From Myxococcota bacterium (GTDB taxonomy: Bacteria; Myxococcota; JACRCW01), in contig JBFMGU010000073.1 in NCBI GenBank assembly GCA_040752415.1, positions 1-41,797 of the forward strand: 41,797 nucleotides of DNA, written 5' to 3'. The notes beneath the pieces are model-generated. The model had not been told where the DNA came from and did not search any database. It saw only the letters and a list, made by a program, of their open reading frames with translations. Both the position numbers and the translations under genes were made by a program. Every line of letters starts with the position of its first letter. The first letter of the stretch is position 1. This document shows positions 20,601 to 32,600 of the stretch, one piece after another.

Positions 20601-23600
20601 GGAAGTCCGCAACCCGTCGGGAGGGCAGGTCACCCGGGTGGGTGCCTTCCTCTACAGCGCACCGCTCGACCTGGCCTCGGTCACGCCCAGCCGTGGACCG
20701 ACTTCCGGGGGAACGCGCGTACGCATTCGCGGGACTGGCTTCTCGCCCACTGGGGTGGTGCGTGTCTCGTTTGGTGGCGTCCCGGCCACGGATGTTCGCG
20801 TGCTGGGCTTGGACCTGGTGGAAGCGTCCACCCCCAATGGGCTCCTCGGAGCAGTGGACGTCCGGGTCGAGAACCCCGACGGTGCCGCGGATGTCCTTCC
20901 CAACGGGTTCACTTTCGACGCGCCGACCACCTCCTCGGTCAGCATGCGGAGCCGAATCTACGACGTGGTGGTGGTCGGCGAGCTGGCATTCCTGGCGGCG
21001 GGAAAGGACGGTCTGCGGGTTGTGGATCTGTCGGGCCTGCACCGCGCTGGTCCCCTCGCTGGGCTGCCCATTGCGCCTTCTGCACGAGCTGGCCTCGTGG
21101 ACCAGAACGGAAACGGTGAGGATGACCGCATCGTCGGCAAGTTGGCCTTTGGCGACGGAGTCGCAACCGCGCTGGCGTACCCGCCAGATGGACTCGGCGG
21201 TGACCGTCTCATGGTTGGCTTCCGCACCGCGGCTGCCACGGGAACGAAGGCCTTTGTCGCCGAGGTCGACATCAGCGACCCCGCGCAGCCCCGCCTGGTC
21301 TCGCAGGAACCCGCCGGAACCGATGCCGTCTGGGGCATGGCTGCCGAGTCTGAGCGACTGATCGCGGCGGCGGGCAGTTCGGGCCTGCTGTCCTACGACA
21401 TCTCCTATCCGCCATTCCTCGTCCACCGCATGGACACGGGCGCGGAGGGCGTGCAGGCCGTGGCGGTGGCTGGCGGGATGGGGGTGATGGGTGTTGGCTC
21501 TCGGAACGCCCAGGATCAGGTTGTTGGTGGCAGGCTGAACATCCTCGATGTGAGCCGGGCGCCGACGTTGGCAGGCGTCAGCGCTCCCATCGCGGTTCAA
21601 CACGTACGCCTCTGGAAAAACCACGCTGTCATCGCCGCGGGGCCGGAAGGCCTCGTCGTGATGGACCTTGCAGACTCCGCCTCGCCGCAGCGCCTGGCAA
21701 CCGTCGACGTGGGCGGCTTTGCCTGGGATGTCCGAATGGCGGGCAGCCTTGCCTACGTGGCGGCTGGAGCGGCGGGCGTTGCTGTCGTGGACCTGTCCAA
21801 CCTGGCCAGCCCGCGCTTGCTCTACCACGTCACGGGTGCGGCGGGTGGCGAGGCCACGAGTGTGGTGCTTTCCGGCAGTGAGCTCGTCAATGTTCGCAAC
21901 CGTGGCAATGACGTCTGGTCTCTGGACTTCGGGCAGGTCAGCGGCCTTGCCGTGGCCTCTGTCAGCGTCCAACCCGACGAGGTTGTGCCGCTCGGCCTCG
22001 CATCAATCACCATCCGCCTGACGGCGCTGGTGGACGCTTCAACTGCCGGCGACGCGTTCTCCTTCACCGCCGACGGCGTTCCCGTCGCGGGCACCTTGGA
22101 AGCGGGCTCTCCGGCCCAACCCGTCAGCACACTGCTGTTCCGGTTGACGGGACCACTACCCGCGGACGCCTACCTGCGTCTGATGCTGTCAACGGCGCTA
22201 CGCGGCACGGAAGGCCAGCCGCTCATCGCACCGCTCGAGCTGGTGTTCCGCTCGGCCCTTTCGGAGGGCGCGGTTCCTGAGGTCACGCAATTGGTGCCGC
22301 GCGTGGGACGAGCCATGGGTGGAGACACCGTCGAGGTGCTTGGCCACGGGTTCGAGCCAGGCGCTGTGGTTCTCATCGGTGGTCAAGCCGCGAACGTCGT
22401 TGCGACCTCGTCGGAGATCATGACGGTTGTAACGCCGCCGGGGACTCCGGGCCTTGCGGACGTCGTGGTCGCGAACCTCACAGGTTTGTCCGATCGTCGA
22501 CCCGGCGCGTACCTCTACGCTGCGCCGCTGCGGGTCGACAGCGTGAAGCCGCGGTTCCTCAACCCGCGGGGTGGCAGTGCGGTCCGAGTCAGCGGCGCGG
22601 GCTTCCTGCGCGACGGATTGAGTGCGCTCGGCCGAACCGATGTGCTTTTCCGTGGCGTCCCGGCTCTGTCGGTTTCCGTTGTGGATGGGTGGAACCTCGT
22701 TGCGGTTGCGCCTCCCGGTTCGTTCGGTCCGGTGGAGGTCCGCGTGCGCGCGCCGCAGACCGTCGAGGAGTCGATTGCCACCGACGTGCTGGGTTACGGA
22801 CTTCCGTTCTCGGGGGAGGAGCGCGCGCAGGCGGTTCGGCCGGGGGCGCTCACGACAACGCCGGCCGTCCCGAACGTCGTGTTCTCGTCGGCGGGCGCAG
22901 CGGTGAGCGGCAACCAGTTCACGCAGCGGTTCAACGGCACGATCACGGGTGGCGGTGAAACCCCGCAGTCTTTCCGCGCGGCCTCGTATGACGTCACACG
23001 TCCGGGAGAGCCACGCACCGTCGGTGCCCAGATCGTGGAAGCCACGGATGAGGCCCTGGACGCGTTCTTCGCCCGTTCCCAGGGCTACCTCCCGCCGGAT
23101 GCGCCGGTGCCATCCCTCGAGCTCATGCCCGATTCGCTGGATGTGGCCGCCAAGGGAGGAACGCTGTACGTGGCCAATGGCCAGAGCGGCTTGACCATCC
23201 TGGACGCGACGAACCCCAGCGCGATGACCTTCCTTGGCCGTGCGGGGTTGGAAGGGTTTGCGACCAGAGTGCTTCCAACCCCCACCGGCGCCTTGCTCGT
23301 CCACAACTCGCTCATCGAGGATCCGAGCCACGAGGGGCTTTGCAGGCCCGGAACCACCAAGCGCGCGATTGACGAGGGCGGCGGCGTGCAGTTGTTTGAC
23401 GTCCGTCAGCCAAGCGACCCCATCCGCGTTGCGGTCATCCCGCACCTCTCCACCAACGGGAGCCGCGCACCGTACGGCGCCACCGTTCACGATGGTCTGC
23501 TCCTCGTCGTGGAAGGTGCGCACGAAGGGCGCAAGTTCTGCATTCCCTCCGCCGACGAGGTGGCAGCCGGCAAGCTCGCGCCGCCGCCGCCGGACTTCTC

Positions 23601-26600
23601 TTTGGGAGGCGGTGCGCGTGGCGGTCAGCGGACGTCCTACAAGGGCGGAACCCCGAGCGGACGCCTGGTCATCCTGTCCCGCGCCAGCGGAACTGCGTTG
23701 CCGCTTTCCACGCTCGAGTTCCCCTTCACGCCGACGGACGTGGCGGTGGTGCAGGACGTTGCCATTGTCGCGGCGGCGGAAGTGGGCCTGGTCTTCCTGA
23801 GCATCGCTCAGCCTTACAGCCCCGTTGAGGTTGCGCGCATCGGCTTTGACCAGGATCTTTCCAATGTGCCCGGCGAGCCGCAGCGCCTCCGGGTCCTGGG
23901 TGACCTGCTCCTGGTTTCCGCGAACGCCGGCGGCGTGGCTCTCGTCGACGTCTCCAACCCGTATGTGCCGCAAGTGGTCAGCGCCGGAAACACCGAAACT
24001 GCGATGGATGTCGCGGCGACTGGCGACCGACTCCTGGTTGCGTCCAGGGACCGGGTCACCGAGCTCAGCACGCCCTTCACCATCGTCACCGGCTACGAGC
24101 CTGCGCGCCAGGAGCTCGTGCCACCGACGATCTCCCAGGTGGAAGTGCGGTTCAGCCGTCCCATCAACCCCGGCAGCGTGACCGGAAGCACCTTCCAGCT
24201 CGTGGGGCCCGACGGCGCCGTGCCGCTTGGTCTTGCGACAACGGAGGATTTCGCGAGCCACACGTTTGCCGTTGTTGGGACGCTCGAAACCGACCTCCGC
24301 CCTCTCAGCGTCTATGAAATCCGCGTCGAGACCCAGGTCACCGACCAGCGCGGCGGAAGGCTGCTGCTGCCTCTCCGAACGACCTTCCGCACCGCGGCCA
24401 CTGGCAGCCGCAAGCCGAAGGTGTCCGCGGTTTCGCCAGAGACAGCGTCAGTGGCCGGTGGCACCCAGCTCAGGGTCCTCGGGCAGGGGCTCGCTGGTGT
24501 GACGACGGTGCGGGTTGGAAGCGCTGAGGCGGCATTCACGGTGGTTGGCGATGGTGAGCTGGCAGTGACGGCGCCTCCTGGCGAGGCCGGTCCCGCTGAT
24601 CTCCAGGTCATCGACCTTGGTGGACCGCAGCACATCCTGGCGTCGGCAGTGCTCTATCTCACGGATCCTCGTTCCACGACGTTCGCTCTGGCCCCTGACC
24701 ATGGCCCGGTTGGAGGCGGAACGCGCGTTCAACTCAGCGCCGGGTTTGGAGAACCGCTGGCGCCGGGCACTCGGGTCAAAGTCGGCAACCAGGAAGCCGT
24801 TGATGTCGACGTGGTTGACCTGAGTCACCTGGAGTTCACGACGCCCCGCTCCGACGGCGCGGCACTGGTTTCCGTCCAGATCATCCGCCCCGGAGAGGAA
24901 GCCGTGCCCGTGGGCACGTTCTCCTACGACCTTCCCCAGGGAGAGACCATGGACCTGCCGGGCTTCCCCCCGCGTGAGGCGTCCGCCATCAAGTTGCTCG
25001 GGAATCTCCTGTACATCGGCGTTCCGACGCCGGGTTACGAGGGCCTCGAGATTCACGACGTGTTGCTCCCCGAGCGGCCCATCCGCAAGGGTGGAGTTCG
25101 GTTGGATGCGCCGGTTCGCGGGTTGGACGTTGGCGCCGATGGCGCGCTGGTCCTGTTGGCCGCGGAGACGCGCGGGTTGGTTGCCGTCGCTGCATCCGAG
25201 CCGTCCACCCCGTACGTCGTTGGGCGCGCCAGCACCTTTGGACTTGCCACCGACGTGCGGCTGGACGACGACACCGCCTACGTCTCCACCACGTTGGTCG
25301 GCAGCGAGCCGGGATTCATCCAGACCTTCGACGCAGGCGAGCCCAACCTGCCACTGCGCTCATCGGTGCAGATCGACGCTGACGCGCTGGCGGTGGACGT
25401 GGGGCCCGATCGCTTCTTCGCGTTGACGTCCAATGTCGTCGGTCAGACCGGCACGGGGCTCTCCTTCACGGTCTTCACGCGGAATGGCCAGCGCATTGGC
25501 TCCGTGATGGTCGATTCCAGCCTCACGACCTACGCGGACCTCGTCCGCGCCCGGCTGCTGGTGAGGGGAACGCGCGCGTACGTGACCGCGCGGGACCGTC
25601 TCTACATCCTGGACATTTCCGACGAGGTTGCCCCGGTTGCCATCCAGTCCAAGGCCCTTGGCGCTGAAGCGGCGGGCCTCTCCATGGTCGGCGGTACGCT
25701 CTACGTTGCCTCGGCAAATGCCAAGACCGTGGTTGCGGTTCCAGCGACCGAGCTGTTGGTTGTCGGTAGCACCCCGGAAGACGGAGCGCTCGCAGTTCCC
25801 CAGACCACCATCCAGGTCGAATTCAGTCTCGCGCTCCATCCAGATTCCGTGACCCCGGAGACGTTCGAGGTCATGGTGGACGATGGCAGCGGCGCCATTG
25901 CGGTGGAAGGCACGCGTGAGGTCGTTTTCGGCATCCGGGGCTCGTCGGTGGTGTTCACCCCGACCACGTCCTTCCCGCCGGGAACCCTGGTCACCACCCA
26001 TGTGGAGGGCGTGACCGACTTTGATTTGCGGCCTCTGCGGAATCCATTCACCGCGACGTTCACGGTCCTGGCCGCTGATGCGTTGCAGCCGGCGCTCGGA
26101 GCCATCACGCCCAGTCATGGCTTTGTCGACTCTGTGACCGCAGTGACCATGTCAGGCTCTGGTTTCCGTGCTGGAACCCGAGTCTGGGTCGGGGCGGTGG
26201 AAGCCGTGGTGCGTTCCTTCGGTGCCACCGAGCTCGTCGTGGACGTGCCCCCGTCACCGGGGCTGACGCCTGGAGCTGCCGCGGTGCTGATACAGGATCC
26301 CAGCGGACTCTCTGACGTGCGGCCAGGCGGGTTCATCTATCGCGAACACCTCCGCCTTGTGTTCGTCAATCCGGCGCGCTCGCCTCAAAGCGGCGGCGAC
26401 CGCGTGACGGTTCGTGGCGCGGGTTTCGCGCCGGGAGTGTCTGTCAGCTTCGCCGAGACGGCGGGCTTTGATGTGCAGGTCGCAAGCTCGGAGACCGCCA
26501 CGGTCGTGGTACCTCCGCACGACCCGGGTGTGGTGGACCTCACAGCGCGGCTGGGCGCCGAGAGTCACGTGCTGCCTCGCTCGTTCCTGTACGGGTCGGG

Positions 26601-29600
26601 AGCGGTCGCCTCACTGAACACACCTGCGATTCGCCATGTCATCGTCGACGGAACCGTAGCGTACGCCGCCCTGGGCGCGGCCGTTCCCATCACGACGACC
26701 TCTGGTGAAGTGGTTGACCCGCTCCGCGAATCCGAAGCCGGAGGTCTCCTCGTGGCAGACCTGGCCGAGCCCACGAACGCCCGCGAGATCACACGCCTGA
26801 CGCTCTCCGGCGTCGGCGGGACGCGACGGTTGGTGAAGTCCGGCAACACGCTGTTCGTCGCAACGGGCCTGGGCGGTGTCACGCTCATTGACGTGACAAC
26901 CCCGGCCGCACCGACGGTGCGCGCAGGGCTTCCGGTGGGGGATGCCCGCGACCTGACGGTTGCCGGCGACCTGCTCATCGTGGCGGATGCCGGTGGCGTC
27001 ACCGCCTATCGGCTTGGCGAGACCAGCCTGCCGTTGCCGGCCGGTGGGCGGTCCATTGCCGGTGGCGCCACGGCGCTGGCGGTCCGTCAGGATCTGCTCC
27101 TGGTTTCCAGCGGAGACGGCGCAAGCGGGCCGGAGCTCCACGTGTTCGACGCCCGACGTGCGGATTTCTCCACCATCTCCAGCTTCCCGCTGGTGGCCCC
27201 GGCACGTCACATCACGACGGAAGGCACGAGGGCGTTTGTTGCTCTGGGGGACGCAGGCCAGGTCCAGATCATCGAGCTCGCCGCGCCGGAAGCACCCGCA
27301 CCCGCGGGCACGCTGGTCCTGGACGACCCGCTGCAGACCGGTTCCTTGTCGGCGGAAGAAGTGCACGTTGCGGGGGAAATTGCATGGGTGGTTGCGGGTG
27401 GCGGCAAGCTACAGCGATTCCTCGCTCCCGTTGGCGGTACGCCGGCCATGCTCGAAAGCGCCTCGGTGTTCGGCCACGCCATGAGTGCTGCGTTCAGCGG
27501 CCGCTTCATGGTGGTGGGAACGCTCTTCATGGACGCGTCGGGCGCCCCGGTGGAGTTGCCGATTCCGGATCCTGCCATGGGCGGGGGAGCACTGGCGGGC
27601 GCCCTGGCGTCGGTGCAGCTTGAGCACCTGGAGCTCCGGAATACGTTGCCAGAGGCTGACGACGTCATTTCCGTGGCAAGCACGGTCGGTCTTGCCTTCA
27701 CGGAGCTGCCCGACCCCACGACAGCGGGCGCGATCACGCTCCACGCTGCGGGCGCGGCGGTCGACGCGGAAGTGCAGTTGCGCTCGGTGCCTCGTGGCGG
27801 GTCGGCGAACGTCGTTCCGCGCGCCGGCCTCGTTACCTCCCAATCCTACGATCTGCGGGTTGCAGAGACGCTGAAGGACCTTGGCGGCGGCGCGCTGGGA
27901 GCGGCGTCCGTGACCCGGTTCCGTACCGGTGCGGTTGCCTCCGAGCTCCAGCCTTCCGTCGCGCGGGTATTCCCAGGCGCTGGCCTCTCCACTGGCGGCG
28001 AGATGGTGGAGATTCACGGCGAGGGTCTGGTCACCGGAACCCTGGTGCAGGTGGGCGGGGAGCCGGCGAGCGTGCAGTCCGTCGCGCCGGATGGCCGAAA
28101 GCTCGTGGTGCAACTGCCCGCGGGGCAGGCGGGCGCCGCGGCGGTGCAGGTGCAGACGCCTGGCGGGCTGCGCGCCATCCGACTGGGCGCCTACCGCTAC
28201 CTCAAAGCGCCGCGCCTCACGTCGGTGAGCCCAGCGGAGGGCGCCATGAACAGTCGCACCACGGTGCGGGTCCGGGGCGAAGGCATTCACGCCGGGTCGC
28301 AGGTGCTCTTTGGCGGCGTGCCCGCGCGCTCCGTGACGCTCACTCCGGAAGGGGACCTGCTCTGCGAAACACCTGACGACGTCATTGGTGTCGTGGATGT
28401 CACGCTGCAGACGCAGGCGCCGACGGGTACGGTGGCGCACGCGCTGCCTGCCGCGTTCACGTTCACGCTTCCCCTCCTCACCACGCTGTCTCAACCGGGA
28501 GAGGCGGCGGTCGCGTTTGGCAGTGCATGGCTGGTTGCTGACCGCGGCAGACTGTGGGCCTACGACCTCACGGTTCCGGAAAGCCCGGCGGTTGCCGCGA
28601 ATGTGACCGGGGTCGGTAGGGCCCAGGCGATGGCCGTGGCGGACGGTCACGTGTACGTCGCCGGCGCCGGAGAAGTTGCGCGGTACGCGTTGGGCGGCTG
28701 CGGCACCCCGGCGGGAACGTGCACGCTGCCCGAGGTCGACCGGCTCTCCATCTATCCCGCGCTCACCGACATTTCTTCGGTCGGGGCCGCCGAGAACTCC
28801 GCGTTCGTCGCGCTGGCCGGGGGCGGAGAGGTGGCCCTGCTCGGCAACGTGGATGGGCGGATGGAGGTGGTGGCGCAGGCGTTCCTCACCACTGGGGTCA
28901 TCCGGGACCTGGCGGTTTCCGGTGATCGGCTTGTGGTCCTGATTGAGCAGGGCGGGGCGGCGACCCTTGAAGTCCGCACGCTCGAGGACGGGTTGCTCAC
29001 CACGTTGGGCGAAGTGACCGGCCTCCCCGCGCCCGCAGGTGCCCTCGCCGTGGACGGAACGCGCGTCGCCGCGGGAGTGGGTGATGGCGTTCGAGTCTTC
29101 GACACGCTCGTCCCTGTCGCCATCGAGGAAGTCGGGCGCTGGGATGCGACGTCGGTGGCGAACGTGTCACTCCAGGGTCCCTGGCTCGTTGCAGCGCGGC
29201 CCGACCGCATCTCCTACGTCGATACGACCGCCGCGCCGTTCCGCGAGCGCACGTACGCCTCAGGAGTCGGCTCTCCGCGGGAGCTGGCCCTGAACACCGG
29301 TGTGCTGGTGGCCACCACCGGGTCCAGCACGCTCATCTACGACGTCCCGTATCCGACGGTGATTTCCACCAGCCCGGGTGTGGGCGGGACGGTTTCCGAG
29401 GACAGCAACATCTCCGCGACCCTTTCCGCGCGCCTGCCGCTGAGTGTCGTGGGCGCGAGCAGGCTGGATGTGGACCTCGGCGGAAACACCGTCGCCGGAA
29501 GTCTGAGTCGTTCCGGGCCGTCGCTGACATTCCTTCCCCAGTCGCCGTTCTCGACGGGAGACCTCCTGCAAGTGACGCTCACCCTCGGCGCCGGGCCGGT

Positions 29601-32600
29601 GACGGGGGCTTCTGCCGACGGGCCATGGCGCTACCGCGTCGCGGTGGCGACTCCGCCCGCCGCGGAGATCAGGGTTGACCGCATTGACCCAGCGGTTGGC
29701 TCCACGCTTGGTGGGTACGCCGTGGTCATCGACGGCGAAGGGTTCGAGCTGGGGACCGAGGTGAGGTTCGGCTCGCAGCTCGCGGCAAACCGCGACTCCC
29801 CGACACCGACGCGACTCCGGGTCAACGCGCCCCCCGTGCCCGCCGCCGGTCCGGTCACCCTGGAGATCACCAATCCTTCCGGCGCCTCAGCGCGTCTTCC
29901 CGGCGCGTTCGTGTACGTTGCGCCGCTGACGGTAACCTCGGTGGTGCCCAACCAGGTGAACCAGTCCACTGGCGGCTGGGTGACGATCCGCGCCGCTGGA
30001 CTGACGCGCGCCACGCAGGTCCGGTTCGACGGCGCGCTGGCTGACACCCGGAACCACCTCAATGGAAGCCTGCAGGCCTTCGTGCCGCCAGGAGCTGCCG
30101 GACCGGTCGAGCTCGTGCTGACCCAGCCGGGAGCCGATACCTACGTGCTACCCGATGCCGTGACGCGCCTGGACCTGCAGACGCCCCAGCTCACGCGCCT
30201 GGAACCGTTTGATGTCGTGGGAAGTCAGAACGTGCCGCTCGACGCGGTCTTTGTTGCCCACTTCGACGAGCCCGTCGCCGCCGCAAGCCATGCCCAGTTC
30301 CGGCTGAGCCTGGACGGAGTTGCGGTGCCAGGCACACTCACCGCGACGGCCGACCGGCGCAGCCTCACCTTCGCGCCGACCCAGTCCCTCATCTCCACCC
30401 GCTTCTATGTCCTCGCGTACGACGGCATCGCGGACGACTTTGGCAACGCGATCACGGCTTCGCCGGTAACCTTCAGGACGGCTGACGTCGTTGCGCCCGA
30501 AGTTACTGCCATTGCCATCGACGGCAGGCCGCCGCTCACTGCCGGGGCCTCGCTCACCGCTGGCGTGGTGCACGCATTCAGGGTGTTGGGGTCCGACAAC
30601 AGTGGTTCCTTCCAGGACAGCCTGCGAGTCGATGGTGTTGCTGTTCCCCGCAGCTCGGACGGCCGCTTCCGCTACCAGTGGCCCTCGGATACGGCGGAAG
30701 GCACGGTTGTGACGCTGACCGCCTCGGTGACAGATGGCGCGGGTAACAGCGCATCCCTGGAGCTGGTTGTCCAGGTGGTTGGAGACCAGCAGCCCACGGT
30801 GGAGTTCGCGGACCCGACGGCGAGCCCGGTCGTCTCCCAGGAAGGCGATGTCGTTGCCGTGTTGATCAACGCCGACGATGACGTTGGCCTGACCGCCATC
30901 GAGCTGCTCCTGGACGGCGTGGTCATTGCCCGCAGCTCAGGTGCGGAGACGTACCTTGCGAAGTCGGTCCGCTTTGTGAATCAGGGCGCGTTCACGCTCG
31001 ACGCCCGCGCGACGGATACGGCCGGCCACGTGGTGGCCGCGACTCCGCGCGTGGTCCAGGTGGGGCCGGACACCACGTCGCCGACCGTGCAGATCCTGCT
31101 CCCGGGGCATGGCAGCACCGTGCCGAGTGGTGGTCGGTATGATCTCGTTGCTTCCGCCAGCGACGGAAACCACGTTGCGGAGTTGACGTTCTCCGTGGAC
31201 GGCGTGGACGTGGCCACCCTGCAATCCCCGCCGTGGCGCATCTCACGGCAGGCGCCGGCCGTTTCCCAGTCCACGACGCTGACGCTGGCCGCTCGCGCGA
31301 CGGACGGCCGTGGCAACGCTGGCGCACCCGTGGGAATCACCATCACCGTCGAGCCGGTGGACGCGCAGCCCCTGGTTTCTCTCGTTCTTCCCGCAGCTGG
31401 CGCCGAGGTTGTGGAGGGCGCGCAGGTCCTGGTCGAGGCTCAGGTTGCGTCCTCCGCAGGGGTGTCCACCGTGGCCCTCTCCCTCGGAGCCGAAACGGTG
31501 ACGCTCAGCGACGGACCACCCTGGCGCTACGCCTTCAAGGCACCGGCTGTTGCCGCCGACACACCCGTGGCCGTGCGGGCCATGGCCACCAGCACGTCGA
31601 ACCGCGAGAGCGAGCCGGCCATCCGCACCATCCTTGTGAAGGACGAGGCGCGCGGTGCCCCGTCCTTGACGCTGACGACCGTCCCCGGCGCGGGCGTCGT
31701 CCTGGGCGGGTCTGCGCTCCGCGCCGAAGCCACCAGCGATGCCCCGAATACGGAGGTCCGCATCTCTGGCGACGGTGTGACCCTCGGAGAAACGGGGTCT
31801 GGCTTCGTCGAGAGGGGTCTCCCGCTTGGTCCCGAAGGCGCGGTTGTGCTCGCCACTGCGCTCGCGCGGACTGCGGGTGGACAGGAAACCACCACGTCCA
31901 GCTCGCACCAGCTGGCGGTGTTCGCCGCCGCCCCGTCGCCAGCCGAGATGCCAGTGGATGATGTTTCGTCCTTGGTGCCAGTCGCTGTGGATGCTGACGG
32001 CAGCCGGGCAGCGGTTGCGTGGCGTCACAACGGCGGTGGCGGGCGTCTTGAAACGCGAAGCCTGGATGAGCTGACCGTCTTGTCGCAGGCCGATCTCCTG
32101 GGAGAGCCGGTTGCAGTGGCGGTGGGGCAGGGCGTGGTTGCGGTGGCGTTGAAGCGGGCGCAGGGGGGCGTGCTTGAGATTCGCGACGCTGCGACGCTTG
32201 CGGCTGCAGCGAGCACCGCGTTGACGAGGACGCCAACCTCGGTGGCAGCGGTTCCCGGCGCGTTTGTCGTCGGCACTGACGAGGGCTTGGCGGTGTACGA
32301 CGCGGCCGGACGCCTGGCCGTGCGGCGCGCGATCGGCTCGGTGCGCTCTGTCGATGCACGCGGCTCGCGCCTGGTTGCCCTGACCTCCGGTTCGGTAGAG
32401 GAGTACGAGCTCCCGACCCCCCACACGCCGGTTCTCGTCCGTGCTGCGCCCATCGGTGACGGTGAGCGGGTCGTGTCGCTTTCGTCCGGGCGGGTGTGCG
32501 TCGTTGGCGAGAACATTCGCTGCTTCGTGGCCGATGGGGCCCTCTTCCAGGACTCGGGCGCCGCTGACCTCCCCAGCTCCGTCGTTTCGGTAAGCGCGTT

